From Cylindrospermopsis raciborskii Cr2010 (GTDB lineage Bacteria; Cyanobacteriota; Cyanobacteriia; Cyanobacteriales; Nostocaceae): a stretch of 32,000 nt of DNA. The notes below the pieces were generated by a model that was given only the letters and a program-made list of their open reading frames with translations, made no database searches and had not been told where the DNA came from. The stretch covers positions 600,001 through 632,000 of the forward strand of contig NZ_CP065936.1 of the NCBI RefSeq assembly GCF_003367075.2, given 5' to 3'. Numbering within the stretch: the stretch's first letter is position 1; each line of letters begins with the position of its first letter. Below are positions 1 to 10,359 of this stretch, piece after piece. Made by a program: the position numbers and the translations under genes.

Positions 1-826
1 ACGTCGAACACTATGGATGGTAAGGGGGTTTATTTTTCTAATGTTGGCTTCAGCAATAAGTGGAGCTTTAAACCTCATTTTACTCAATTTTGTTTTAGAG
101 AAGCTAGTTATTGGTTGTGCAGTGGCCATGGCCGTATCATTACAGTTGGAATTTCGCCGGTTTCTAGAACAACTAGGAAGAGGGGAGTTTCGCCAGTTAT
201 TTCAACCTCACCGATTAACAGTAACTAAATCTGACAGCGTAATTGATGAAATTGTTGATTCTATCAAAGAACTTTCTAAAAATCGTATTGGTGCTTTATT
301 AATTTTGGAGACTACTGAACCTATCGATGAGCGGGACTTCTCAGTACCAGGAGTAAAGTTAAATGCACAAGTGTCTAAGGAACTTCTACAGACGATTTTT
401 CAGCCCAAAACCCTATTACACGATGGAGCAACTTTAATTCGGGGTTCACGGATTGTTTCATCAGGTATAATTTTACCACTCTCAGGACGTACGGCCTCCC
501 GTCAGTTGGGAACAAGACACCGAGCAGCTATGGGAATCACTGAGCGAGTGGAAAATTGTATTTGTGTTGTGGTATCAGAAGAAACTGGTTCTATTTCCCT
601 AGCGGAACGGGGAACTTTATATAGACCACTGACAATTAGGAAGCTAAAGGAGTCTCTGGAGGCTCGTTTTTCGACCACTGTGGATCGGGAAGTCGTTGCA
701 CCTGGTGTTTTCGGTTTAGTTAGTCAAATTGCTAGTCAAATTTTTAGATTTGTTTTCCGTTTATTTAGATTACCATTATCTTTTGCCAAAAAAATCAGAC
801 TGAAAAATGACAATACAACAAACTGA
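1..826 (+). CDS. cdaA: Diadenylate cyclase (CdaA/DisA_N family), 5' end truncated by window edge
   Basis: The frame stays open upstream of the ATG at 17 ([14 protein letters not shown]...). It contains the DGA ([11 protein letters not shown]) and RHRAA ([10 protein letters not shown]) motifs of diadenylate cyclases. Confidence 0.9.
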   Translation, partial: RRTLWMVRGFIFLMLASAISGALNLILLNFVLEKLVIGCAVAMAVSLQLEFRRFLEQLGRGEFRQLFQPHRLTVTKSDSVIDEIVDSIKELSKNRIGALLILETTEPIDERDFSVPGVKLNAQVSKELLQTIFQPKTLLHDGATLIRGSRIVSSGIILPLSGRTASRQLGTRHRAAMGITERVENCICVVVSEETGSISLAERGTLYRPLTIRKLKESLEARFSTTVDREVVAPGVFGLVSQIASQIFRFVFRLFRLPLSFAKKIRLKNDNTTN

Positions 827-1556
827 ACTTCTATATTTACCTCCCGATTTAAAACCAGAATTATTGCCTAAACATGTGGCCGTAATTATGGATGGCAATG
901 GTCGATGGGCTAAAGGCCAGGGCCTTCCTCGAATTATGGGTCACAAGCAGGGTGTGGACGCTCTTAAAAACTTGCTACGCTGTTGCAAGGATTGGGGTAT
1001 TCAAGCTCTAACTGCTTATGCTTTTTCCACGGAAAACTGGAATAGACCACATGAAGAGGTGGAATTTTTAATGACTCTTTTCCAAGGGGTGCTACGTCAG
1101 GAACTACGGGAAATGGTTGAAGAAAATGTGGAAATTCAGTTTGTTGGCAATTTACAAGCCTTACCTGTAGCACTACAGCGGGAAATCTCCCACTCTATGG
1201 CACAAACTCGTGGTAATCAAAGTATTAAGTTTACTGTGGCTACCAATTATGGTGGTAGACAAGAAATTGTACAAGCTTGTCAAGCTATTGCTCAAAAAGT
1301 TAAAGAGGGCCTATTAAACCCAGAGGAAATTTCTGAGGAGTTATTTGCTGGTCACTTGTACACAGCAGGAATTGCAGACCCAGATTTACTCATCCGCACC
1401 AGTGGAGAAATGCGTTTATCTAATTTCTTGCTTTGGCAAATGGCTTATGCAGAAATTTATATCACTGATACTTTATGGCCAGATTTTGACAGGAACCAAT
1501 TCCATCAAGCTCTACGTGCTTATCAACAAAGAGAACGACGGTTCGGTGGAGTATAA
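807..1556 (+). CDS. uppS: Isoprenyl transferase / undecaprenyl diphosphate synthase
   Basis: [29 protein letters not shown] and [35 protein letters not shown] are signature UppS motifs. The start overlaps the cdaA 3' end by 20 nt. Confidence 0.96.
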   Translation: MTIQQTELLYLPPDLKPELLPKHVAVIMDGNGRWAKGQGLPRIMGHKQGVDALKNLLRCCKDWGIQALTAYAFSTENWNRPHEEVEFLMTLFQGVLRQELREMVEENVEIQFVGNLQALPVALQREISHSMAQTRGNQSIKFTVATNYGGRQEIVQACQAIAQKVKEGLLNPEEISEELFAGHLYTAGIADPDLLIRTSGEMRLSNFLLWQMAYAEIYITDTLWPDFDRNQFHQALRAYQQRERRFGGV

Positions 1557-1558
1557 AA

Positions 1559-1825
1559 TCAAGGACCAGAAAAAACCGCTTGCTCTATATCTTTCCGACT
1601 TAGGGAATACCTAAAGGAACGTTGGATATCTTGACCATTTTCCCCCGCTTGGATATATCTTACTGTCAGCTGCTCAATATCTAGCCATAATTCTGCCTGC
1701 CATGTTTGCTTTTTTAACCGCCAACAATGTAGTTCTGTTTCGTCTTGTTGGCAACCCTGATGCTTTAACCACTCTTCAATTTGTGGTAAGGGATGATTGT
1801 ATAGGGGGGTCTCTGGGGATAACAT
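1559..1825 (-). CDS. DUF3143-like small cyanobacterial protein
   Basis: 88-aa ORF (LYNHPLPQIEEWLKHQGCQQD...). It resembles the small DUF3143 family and lies next to J-domain genes. Confidence 0.7.
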   Translation of the reverse strand: MLSPETPLYNHPLPQIEEWLKHQGCQQDETELHCWRLKKQTWQAELWLDIEQLTVRYIQAGENGQDIQRSFRYSLSRKDIEQAVFSGP

Positions 1826-1849
1826 AGATAATTAAAAATCAATAAATCA

Positions 1850-2317
1850 CTATAGAGCAATGGAAAAACCTGGCTCACCTCTTATAAATGCTACTAAGAT
1901 TACCAGTATCAAACAACCTATTATTGTCAGAGCTAGTACAAGCAGTATAAATAGTTCTCCAGATGATAAAGGGCGATCGCTCGCCTCTAAATACATAGAC
2001 TTAGAATAATCATGGGGTTTGGGAATGGAATCATTGAAATTTGTAGGTGATGGAATAACCCCAAATCTGTAATAACCAATTTTTAAATCATAACTCAAAC
2101 GACGTTCAGGATTACTCAAAGTAGCATAAGCTTCGTTAATTTGCTGGAATTTAGCAGTAGCAACCTGATCGGGAAGTTCCGTAGTGTCTGGATGATAGTG
2201 TTTACTCATTTCCCGGTAAGCGCGGCGAATATCAATCACTGATGCCCAGGGGTGAAGTCCTAGCAAGGTGTAATAGTTAGGGCGATCGCTTTGTACTTCT
2301 TCTCCAGTTTGATTCAC
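1850..2317 (-). CDS. J-domain protein with C-terminal transmembrane segment
   Basis: N-terminal J domain (YYTLLGLHPWASVIDIRRAYREMSKHYHPDTTELP) with the HPD motif. A C-terminal hydrophobic stretch follows (ELFILLVLALTIIGCLILVILVAFI). Confidence 0.88.
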   Translation of the reverse strand: MNQTGEEVQSDRPNYYTLLGLHPWASVIDIRRAYREMSKHYHPDTTELPDQVATAKFQQINEAYATLSNPERRLSYDLKIGYYRFGVIPSPTNFNDSIPKPHDYSKSMYLEASDRPLSSGELFILLVLALTIIGCLILVILVAFIRGEPGFSIAL

Positions 2318-2396
2318 AGTTGTGGTTTACCTTAATTGCACTTGGCATTTAGAGAAGTATAACTTATTTCTTTCACTTAGTCAAGAACAAACCTAT

Positions 2397-3374
2397 CTAA
2401 GGTTTGAGCTTTAAGCTTTCTATTTCCCGTAACTTCTCATAAAGTTGTCTCTCCTGATCACTAATATTTTTGGGGGTGATGATTTGAATTTCCACTAGTT
2501 GGTCACCACGTTTACCATCTTCCATGGGATAACCTTTATTTGCCAACCGGAATCTTTGCCCAGACCTGACTGCGGGAGGAATAGTCATTTTTACTGGACC
2601 ATCTAAAGTAGGTGCTTCCACCTGGCCACCTAAAACCGCCTCACTGGGGGTTACAGGTACCTGACAAGAAATGTTAAATCCCTCCATTTTAAATAACGGA
2701 TGAGGTTCAACAGTAATTTTTAAATATAAATCACCTCCACTAATTCCCTGATTGCGTAAGCGGATAGTTTGTCCTGTGAGCATAGCAGGTGGCATAGTCA
2801 CTTCCAAAGATCGCCCATCTTCTAGGCGTATTCTCTCATTACCGCCTTGATAAGCCTTTTCTAAAGGCAAAGTCAATCTAGCTTCAATATCTTTAGGGGT
2901 AGTACGATTATTAACAGTATAAGCGACCTTGGTACGAGGATTACCAAAAGGGTCTTGAGTAGTTGTATTAGGGCTTTTCTTAGCCTCCTTACGACTGCTA
3001 ACACCTATAACCTGATTAATAAAACTTTCAAAATCTGGGAAATCAGCTGGATTGACACCCTGGTTACTAGATTCACTAGGGCGGTTAGTACCCCAGCTCT
3101 TAGACTTTGCAGCTGTTTTAGCACCTGTAAAACCTCTTTGTTGCCAGTAGCGACTAAACTGGTCATATTGAGATCTGCGAGCGGAATCGGAAAGTATTTC
3201 ATAGGCCTCCCCAATCATCTTAAACTTTTCCTCAGACTCCTTGTTACCGGGGTTGAGATCGGGGTGATACTGTCTAGCCAATCGACGATAAACCTTTTTA
3301 ATTTCTTCATTGGAAGCATCCTTGGTGACTCCCAAAATTTCGTAATAATCACGGAAATTCTGCAAATTTTGCAT
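2397..3374 (-). CDS. DnaJ/CbpA-type co-chaperone (J domain + DnaJ C-terminal domain, no Zn-finger)
   Basis: DYYEILGVTKDASNEEIKKVYRRLARQYHPDLNPG and a DnaJ C-terminal domain (EARLTLPLEKAYQGG...). No CxxCxGxG repeats. Confidence 0.93.
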   Translation of the reverse strand: MQNLQNFRDYYEILGVTKDASNEEIKKVYRRLARQYHPDLNPGNKESEEKFKMIGEAYEILSDSARRSQYDQFSRYWQQRGFTGAKTAAKSKSWGTNRPSESSNQGVNPADFPDFESFINQVIGVSSRKEAKKSPNTTTQDPFGNPRTKVAYTVNNRTTPKDIEARLTLPLEKAYQGGNERIRLEDGRSLEVTMPPAMLTGQTIRLRNQGISGGDLYLKITVEPHPLFKMEGFNISCQVPVTPSEAVLGGQVEAPTLDGPVKMTIPPAVRSGQRFRLANKGYPMEDGKRGDQLVEIQIITPKNISDQERQLYEKLREIESLKLKP

Positions 3375-3429
3375 AATTAGTTATCAGTGCTGGGGTAGTA
3401 GGGGGAAACAGATATTTTGGTTGAGGGAT

Positions 3430-5499
3430 TTATAGCCAATCATCATCCTCGTCATCCCAATTATCCTGGTAACCGGGACGGGTGCGACGGGACTCGTTAT
3501 TATAGGATGGGGAGGAGCGGTTGTTTTGACCATAGTTCTGATCCCTAGTATTATCCCTACCATAGTCTCTGTTATAGGAACGGGATTCTCGATAGGGTTC
3601 TCTGGGATATTCTGGCTGTTTTTCTTTTTCACCCATGAAAATCTCCCGAATGGCGCCAAACAAGTCCTCATCTTCATCCTCAGCATAATACTCCCGCACT
3701 TCACGATTTAGCTCGTACAGAGCATCTTGTAGGTCTGAGTAAGCCTGGTCAATACCCCGGTCATCATTTTCTTTGAGACTTTCCCGCAGTTCACGACAAA
3801 TATTATCAATACGCTGACGACGGTTGCGGGCAAACTGCATACCCATTTCCAAAGCCACTTCTCTTAACTGTCGTTCTGCTTGTAAGATGAGAGCCTCAGA
3901 CCGAGTGCGTTTTTCCACTCTTTCTCTTCGCTCACGATCAACATCAGCAAACTTCTGAGCATCCTGAATCATTCTGTTAATTTCGGATTCACTTAAAGTA
4001 GAAGCACCTTGAATAGTAATACTTTGTTCCCTACCAGTGGTGCGGTCTAAAGCCATGACCTGCAAAATACCATTAGCATCTATATCGAAAGATACTTGAA
4101 TTTGAGGTATACCTCGAGGAGCGGGAGGAATGCCATATAACTTAAACCTTCCCAGGGATTTATTATCCGATGCCATTTCCCTTTCACCCTGAACTACATG
4201 AATTTCCACACTGTTTTGATTATTTTCTGATGTGGAAAAAATATCGGAGCGCCTAACGGGAATAGTAGTATTACGGGGAATCAGTTTTTTCATCAAACCG
4301 CCAATAGTTTCCAAACCTAGGGAAAGAGGAGTAACATCCAAAAGTAGAACGTCTTTCATTTCCCCAGCTAGAATCCCTGCTTGAATGGCCGCACCTACAG
4401 CTACTACCTCATCCGGATTAACATTCTCACTAGGTTCAATGCCAATTAAATCTCGCACTAGCTGCTTCACCATTGGCATTCGGGTAGATCCCCCAACTAA
4501 TACCACTTCTTCTATATCCACAGGTGAAATTCCGGCATCTTTAAGTGCCCGTTTAACTGGATTACGAATTCTGGTGAGTAAATCACTACATAAACCTTCA
4601 AATTGGGAGCGAGTCAGTCTAGTTTCCAGATGTTTTGGACCATCCTCTGTTGCAGTAATAAAAGGCAGATTAATATCCGTAACACTCACATTAGAAAGTT
4701 CAATTTTTGCCTTTTCCGCTGCTTCCATTAAACGTTGTAAAGCTTGTCTATCCTTTCTTAAATCTACCTCTTCTGTAGCTAAAAACTGTTCCGCCAACCA
4801 GTCTACTATTTTTTTGTCAAAATCATTACCACCTAACTGAGTATCACCACTAGTGGATTTAACCTCGAAAACACCATCACCCACGTCTAGGATAGAGACA
4901 TCAAAAGTGCCACCCCCCAAATCAAAAACGAGTATGGTTTCCAAATCACCTCGTTCTAATCCGTATGCTAGGGAAGCAGCAGTAGGTTCATTGAGGATAC
5001 GCAGCACCTCTAACCCAGCAATTCTACCAGCATCGCGGGTGGCTTGCCGTTGAGAATCATTAAAATAGGCAGGTACGGTGATTACCGCCCCAGTGACGGG
5101 TTGACCCAAATAGCGACTGGCATCAGTGGCCAATTTCTTCAACACCATTGCCGAAATTTCTTCCGGGGCAAAGTCCTTATTTAATCTGGGACAGGCAACC
5201 TTAATATTGCCCATTTCATCCTTACGAATGGTGTAGGGTACACGTTTAGAATCGGGATTCAGTTCTCCATATCTACGTCCAATAAATCGTTTAACAGCAA
5301 AAAACGTATTTTGGGGGTTGAGAACTGTTTGCCTTCTGGCCATTTGTCCTACAACTCTTTCACCTTCTTTGCTGAAACCTACAACTGAGGGAGTAGTTCG
5401 CATACCTTCAGCATTAGCAATCACCACCGGCTTGCCACCCTCCATTACGGCGACTACTGAGTTGGTTGTACCCAAGTCGATGCCGACTACCTTGCCCAT
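3430..5499 (-). CDS. dnaK: Hsp70 chaperone DnaK with extended, low-complexity C-terminal tail
   Basis: [22 protein letters not shown]..., [43 protein letters not shown]. 689 aa ending ...[11 protein letters not shown]. Confidence 0.97.
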   Translation of the reverse strand: MGKVVGIDLGTTNSVVAVMEGGKPVVIANAEGMRTTPSVVGFSKEGERVVGQMARRQTVLNPQNTFFAVKRFIGRRYGELNPDSKRVPYTIRKDEMGNIKVACPRLNKDFAPEEISAMVLKKLATDASRYLGQPVTGAVITVPAYFNDSQRQATRDAGRIAGLEVLRILNEPTAASLAYGLERGDLETILVFDLGGGTFDVSILDVGDGVFEVKSTSGDTQLGGNDFDKKIVDWLAEQFLATEEVDLRKDRQALQRLMEAAEKAKIELSNVSVTDINLPFITATEDGPKHLETRLTRSQFEGLCSDLLTRIRNPVKRALKDAGISPVDIEEVVLVGGSTRMPMVKQLVRDLIGIEPSENVNPDEVVAVGAAIQAGILAGEMKDVLLLDVTPLSLGLETIGGLMKKLIPRNTTIPVRRSDIFSTSENNQNSVEIHVVQGEREMASDNKSLGRFKLYGIPPAPRGIPQIQVSFDIDANGILQVMALDRTTGREQSITIQGASTLSESEINRMIQDAQKFADVDRERRERVEKRTRSEALILQAERQLREVALEMGMQFARNRRQRIDNICRELRESLKENDDRGIDQAYSDLQDALYELNREVREYYAEDEDEDLFGAIREIFMGEKEKQPEYPREPYRESRSYNRDYGRDNTRDQNYGQNNRSSPSYNNESRRTRPGYQDNWDDEDDDWL

Positions 5500-5599
5500 A
5501 GGTTTTTTTTCTCCTGTTTTCTGTTCAACTAGATTTATATGATATTATTCTATTATGCTTTCCCATTGTCCCCCGGTTGCTCGGCATCAATTGCCTAGG

Positions 5600-7303
5600 T
5601 CAACTAACGCCAAACACCGAACCCATAGTAGATTTGATGGAGTTTCCCGCATCTTTTAGGGTTTTGGTAATTGGGTGTTTAGACTGGAGAAACACCTTGG
5701 CGCAATTACGTCCAGGCATTCCCGAAATGGATCCACCAGGATGGGTTCCCGCACCTGTTAAAAATAAATTGTTAATAGGCGTTTTGTAATTGGCCAATTC
5801 CGGTAGGGGTCTAAAGAATACCATCTGGTCTAAGGTCATGTCAATATGGTAATAATTGCCTTTATAAGCTCCTAGTCTTTCCCCTAATTCTGCTGGACTT
5901 TCTACCCTTCTGGCAATGGTAGCGGTTTTTACATTAGGAGCATAAGTAGCCAACTTTTCCACCACTTTATCTGCTACCTGATTTTTTAACTCATCAGTCC
6001 AACCTGTTCCGTTTAAACCCTTACCCTGGGCGCTGGCAATTTGATAGGGGGCAAAAAATTCAATCCACACTGTGTGTTTTCCCGCTGGGGCTAAACTGGG
6101 GTCTAAAAAGCTAGGCACTACCACGTACATGGATGGGTTGCTGTCGGGAATTTCTCCTAAAGTGCATTTACTATGAGCTTGTTCCACATGGTGCATGGAG
6201 TCAGCAATTAGAATAGACCCAGCCAAATATTCATCTTTATGTTCGTGGTAGGGGAAACGCAAAGGCTCATCTAAGGCTAAATCTATCTTTAAAATAGTTT
6301 CATTATTGTTGACGATCCGTCTTGCCAATCTTTCTCGCAGTTGGGGATCTCCATCGTCTACTTCCGTGGGATCGACTAGTTGTAAAAACAATCGTTGAGC
6401 ATCAATGTTAGAAATTACTCCATACTTAGCACGATATTCCCTACCACCAGCTACACGTACCCCCACCGCTTCACCATTGTCAATTAGGACTTTTTCTACC
6501 AACTGGTCAGTGAGGATTTTACCTTGCTTGGCAGTAACTAAATTTACTAGCGCCTTGATTAAAGCACCCGTACCTCCCCGGGGTCTACTCATTCCTGGGT
6601 GGTGACGCATGGACATCATCATTACGCCTATGGCTAGGTTTTTTTGTGATGGTGGTGCTCCCAGTTCTGATGCTAATCTTGAGAGGGGAGCTTTTAAAAA
6701 CTCTTCATCAAACCATTCGTTTAAAATATCTTCTGCACTTGTAAGCATGGTGCGAATAAAATCTAAACTTTTTTGAGTAGAGCCAACAACCGAAAATAAA
6801 TCTTGGAATTTTTCCAGATTATAGTTACCAAAAATTTCTATGATTGATTTTGGTGGAGCATTGAAAATGGGGATCATGGCATTAATTACTCGTTGCCAAT
6901 ATTGAGTAAATTCTGCGTATTTTTTAGCGTCCTTTGGGTTGTACCTGGCGATTTCTGCACAGGTTTTTTCTAGGGATTTATGAGCTAGGAAGTACTTACC
7001 ATCTGGGTGGGGACAGAAAACCACTGGATCGCATTCTAGATATTCCAAACCATATTTTTCCAGCTCTAATTCTTCTACCACTGGACCTAGGTGAATAAAC
7101 TCATGGTCAATGGCACAAAGGTTAAATTTAAACCCTGGTGCTTGGTCTGGAATACATTCCTCCGTGGTAGCTGCACCACCGGGAACGGAACGCTTTTCTA
7201 GTAGTAGAACACTATAACCAGCTTTAAGTAGGTAAGCTGCACACACTAAACCATTGTGTCCAGCACCAATAATTATTACATCATATTCATCTTTATGGTT
7301 CAT
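5600..7303 (-). CDS. crtO: FAD-dependent carotenoid oxidoreductase, CrtO-type beta-carotene ketolase-like
   Basis: N-terminal dinucleotide-binding motif (YDVIIIGAGHNGLVCAAYLLKAGYSVLLLEKRSVPGGAA) and C-terminal GAGTHPGGSISGMPGRNCAKVF. Overall length and motifs match the CrtO/phytoene-desaturase superfamily; exact substrate not provable from sequence. Confidence 0.8.
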   Translation of the reverse strand: MNHKDEYDVIIIGAGHNGLVCAAYLLKAGYSVLLLEKRSVPGGAATTEECIPDQAPGFKFNLCAIDHEFIHLGPVVEELELEKYGLEYLECDPVVFCPHPDGKYFLAHKSLEKTCAEIARYNPKDAKKYAEFTQYWQRVINAMIPIFNAPPKSIIEIFGNYNLEKFQDLFSVVGSTQKSLDFIRTMLTSAEDILNEWFDEEFLKAPLSRLASELGAPPSQKNLAIGVMMMSMRHHPGMSRPRGGTGALIKALVNLVTAKQGKILTDQLVEKVLIDNGEAVGVRVAGGREYRAKYGVISNIDAQRLFLQLVDPTEVDDGDPQLRERLARRIVNNNETILKIDLALDEPLRFPYHEHKDEYLAGSILIADSMHHVEQAHSKCTLGEIPDSNPSMYVVVPSFLDPSLAPAGKHTVWIEFFAPYQIASAQGKGLNGTGWTDELKNQVADKVVEKLATYAPNVKTATIARRVESPAELGERLGAYKGNYYHIDMTLDQMVFFRPLPELANYKTPINNLFLTGAGTHPGGSISGMPGRNCAKVFLQSKHPITKTLKDAGNSIKSTMGSVFGVS

Positions 7304-7370
7304 GTAGCCTTAATATACTATAATATATACTGCTTGTAGTTTACTGTAAGTATTATAACCCAAGTATCAT

Positions 7371-7387
7371 AACTCAAAAATAGAGTT
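7371..7387. other. Small inverted repeat next to the glgA downstream hairpin
   Basis: AACTC-AAAAATA-GAGTT, 5-bp stem. Confidence 0.35.
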
Positions 7388-7390
7388 TTT

Positions 7391-7424
7391 GGGGAGGGGA
7401 GTTGACAAAAAAACTTCCCCCTCC
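7391..7424 (-). terminator. Candidate terminator hairpin downstream of glgA
   Basis: On the - strand: GGAGGGGGAAGTTTTTTTGTCAACTCCCCTCC. About 12-bp GC-rich stem with one bulge, 3' of the glgA stop. Confidence 0.6.
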
Positions 7425-7451
7425 TAGCTTATATCACAAGATTTACCAAAT

Positions 7452-8933
7452 TTACCATTTGTGTCTTATCCAATCATAGATCTCTAAGTATTTTTCCCCG
7501 GGAAGATTCCAGGAGTAGTCATACTGCATACCCTGAATGGCTAACTTTTCAAACTCCTTTGGTTGGTCCTTCCATAGGTCAATAGCTCTACCCATGGCTG
7601 ACTCTAGGCCTTGCTCGTCTTGACTATAAAACACGTAACCATTACGCCTTTCTGGGGGTAGGGTTTCTTCGTGATCTCTGTCAAAAACTGTGTTTACTAA
7701 TCCACCCACACCTCTAACTATGGGAACTGTGCCATATTTTAACCCAATCATCTGAGTTAATCCACAGGGTTCATAATTACTGGGGACAACTATCATATCC
7801 GATCCTGCATAAATTAGATGGGATAGTTCTTCGTTAAATCCTAGTTCTAAATGAACATCTGGGTTACTATTTAAAAATTGTTTTTCATGTTGAAAATGAG
7901 CGTTGATTGCTGGTTCGGTGGCTGAACCTAAAAGTACAAATTGCGCTCCTTGATTTAGGGCATAATAAATGGCATGGTGGACAAGATGTACACCTTTTTG
8001 ATTATCCAAGCGACCAATATAGGCGATGATGGGTTTGCTATCATCATCCTGTAACATCAGTCGTTCTCGTAAGGCTTTTTTGTTATAGGCTTTTTGCTCA
8101 AAATCATCCCAGCTGTAACTATGGGGAATATAACGGTCAATTTCCCCATTCCAAAAGTCATAATCAATGCCGTTTAGAACTCCACTAAATTTGTCTTTTT
8201 GCAAATATAATGTGTGTCCTAATCCGCAACCTACTTCTGTGGTTTGTGCTTCTACAGCATGATTTGGTGAAACTGTGGTGATGGCATTGGCATAGTTGAT
8301 CCCCGCCTTCATAAAGTTGATGGCAAAGGGGTTAAAGTTGTCTCTTAATTTGTCGTACTGAAAGTAATATTCCGGTCGGTTTAAGTTGGTTGCTTCCAGG
8401 GTTTCTACACCCCCCATTCCCTGATGTTTGAAGTTGTGAATGGTGTAGCACACTCTTTGATATTCCATGCCATGGTATTTATAAATTTCATACAACATGA
8501 CAGGAATTAGTCCGGTTTGCCAGTCGTGACAATGAATTATGTCTGGTCTTTTATTACTCTGTAATAAAAACTCCAGGGCGGCTTTGCTGAAAAAGGCAAA
8601 TCGCATATTGTCATCATTACATCCGTAGTAACAACCCCTATTAAAGAAGTTGTCTTGGCTATGGGGTTGAATGAAGAAACACACTCTACCATGTACCCAA
8701 CCACAATATACTGAGCAGTGAATTGCTGCACCAAACCAGGGTACCCACAAGTTTAAATAAGCATCGTGTAATCCCCATACATGGTCATAGCGCATACAGT
8801 CGTACATGGGTAGTATTAGTTCAACTGTATTTCCCCTTCCTTCCAATTCCCTGCTAAGTCCGTAGACAACATCCCCTAACCCCCCAGCTTTAATTACTGG
8901 AGCGCATTCTGAGGCAATTTGTACTATGTACAT
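7452..8933 (-). CDS. glgA: Glycogen/starch synthase (GT5)
   Basis: IASECAPVIKAGGLGDVVYGLSREL (KxGGL motif) and PSNYEPCGLTQMIGLKYGTVPIVRGVGGLVNTVFD. Confidence 0.93.
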   Translation of the reverse strand: MYIVQIASECAPVIKAGGLGDVVYGLSRELEGRGNTVELILPMYDCMRYDHVWGLHDAYLNLWVPWFGAAIHCSVYCGWVHGRVCFFIQPHSQDNFFNRGCYYGCNDDNMRFAFFSKAALEFLLQSNKRPDIIHCHDWQTGLIPVMLYEIYKYHGMEYQRVCYTIHNFKHQGMGGVETLEATNLNRPEYYFQYDKLRDNFNPFAINFMKAGINYANAITTVSPNHAVEAQTTEVGCGLGHTLYLQKDKFSGVLNGIDYDFWNGEIDRYIPHSYSWDDFEQKAYNKKALRERLMLQDDDSKPIIAYIGRLDNQKGVHLVHHAIYYALNQGAQFVLLGSATEPAINAHFQHEKQFLNSNPDVHLELGFNEELSHLIYAGSDMIVVPSNYEPCGLTQMIGLKYGTVPIVRGVGGLVNTVFDRDHEETLPPERRNGYVFYSQDEQGLESAMGRAIDLWKDQPKEFEKLAIQGMQYDYSWNLPGEKYLEIYDWIRHKW

Positions 8934-9071
8934 TCCTAGCCCTCACTTCACAAAACTTTATTTTTATTTAACTTCATTTAATATATAGTAATTATTACTC
9001 ATTTGTTTCTTTATTTTTATTGATTGAAACCGTGACTCGAGACTTGTTGGGGGAGCACCATCCCCCCGGGA

Positions 9072-10352
9072 CTAATCCATTAATATTGTTTTAGAAGCAA
9101 TTCTGGTTTTTTTCCGCTCTGCATCTGATAGTTCTTCTCCATTTTGCAGACGGGTCGCAGAACTCTGTAATACGGTTGCACCACGACTGTCACCAATTTG
9201 TAATGCTGTCTTGGCAGCTGTTTGTAACATGGTTATTGCTCCTGTGCGATCGCCTGATTCTAGTTTTGTTTCTGCGACTTGGGTTTGGCGATATTTGGCT
9301 AATGCTAAGACTGAGTTTAACACGTCTGGATTATTAGCTGGCTGGTAAGTTTTGGTAACATTAGCATAGACTGGAATAAGAGGTGAAAGGATAGCCTCTT
9401 TATTCACAGCAGGATTATCGTAACGAACTTGAATATGTCCAATTATTTGCTCACCTTCTGGCAAGCTACCTAAATAAATATTTGCTAACACTCTCCGTGT
9501 TCCGTCTTTCATTAAATCTCCCAACCGGAAGACAAAGGTGCCATTGAGTTCCGTGCTGATAGGTAATTCAATGGTTTCTGGAGCAACCTGGGCCACCGGT
9601 TTGAGGTCAGCTAATCGCACACCGGGAACCAGGGATAATAACAAATGGGCGTTAGTCAATCCCACGGATTGAATGCGTTTAAATATCCGGTTAAACTGCT
9701 CTATAGCGTTTTGCGGAGTTTCTATGTAAGCTAGAGTACCTCCGCCAGCATCGGCGATTTTTTCTAGCAGATCCTGATTCCATTCATCACCAAAGCCAAA
9801 GCTGTTAATGGTGAGATTGAGTTTGGCAGCTTTTTGTGCTAGTTCCAAACAGCGTTGATTGTCATTTGGTCCTATTTGTAACCGCCAAATTTTGAACCCA
9901 TTGTCACCATACCCATCTGTGAGCAGAAAGGCGTGAGAACAAGCACCTTTACTTCCTTTGAGTAGTTCGGTAATTCCCAGGGAAAGTCCCTCACCAATTA
10001 TGGTTCCTCCCCCAGCTTTTAGTTTGTTGTGTAGCTGAGATTTAATGGTTTTTGGGTCTTTAATTATCTGATTGGGAATAATTACTTCCCCACTCCCAGC
10101 AAAAGCCACAATGGCAATTCTATCCCCAGACTGGAGTTGGTCTATTAACTGCTCTACTGCATTAATTACCATGCTCATGGATTCACCATGCATAGACCCG
10201 CTTTTATCTAAAATCAGACACAAATTCAAGGGTAAACTGGTGTCTAGTTCATCAGCAATGGCTGAAATGGAAACTTCTAGTTGACGCTGACTATTGTCTT
10301 GGGAGGCGTCTATGTTAGTGTTGTTCAGTGCAGACAGTAGTTGAATTTTCAT
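9072..10352 (-). CDS. VWA-domain protein (tandem paralog B)
   Basis: MIDAS-type DKSGSMHGESMS motif. The track starts at 10493, but an ATG at 10352 (MKIQLLSALNNTNIDAS) aligns with the start of the neighbouring paralog and sits 7 nt past its stop. Confidence 0.85.
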   Translation of the reverse strand: MKIQLLSALNNTNIDASQDNSQRQLEVSISAIADELDTSLPLNLCLILDKSGSMHGESMSMVINAVEQLIDQLQSGDRIAIVAFAGSGEVIIPNQIIKDPKTIKSQLHNKLKAGGGTIIGEGLSLGITELLKGSKGACSHAFLLTDGYGDNGFKIWRLQIGPNDNQRCLELAQKAAKLNLTINSFGFGDEWNQDLLEKIADAGGGTLAYIETPQNAIEQFNRIFKRIQSVGLTNAHLLLSLVPGVRLADLKPVAQVAPETIELPISTELNGTFVFRLGDLMKDGTRRVLANIYLGSLPEGEQIIGHIQVRYDNPAVNKEAILSPLIPVYANVTKTYQPANNPDVLNSVLALAKYRQTQVAETKLESGDRTGAITMLQTAAKTALQIGDSRGATVLQSSATRLQNGEELSDAERKKTRIASKTILMD

Positions 10353-10359
10353 TGAAGGT

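Noticed and set aside
1345-1614. 89-aa + strand ORF overlapping uppS
   Set aside because: Out-of-frame within uppS with no recognisable domain.
4385-5053. 151-aa and 66-aa + strand ORFs inside dnaK
   Set aside because: Antisense shadows of a strongly conserved dnaK; no domain features.
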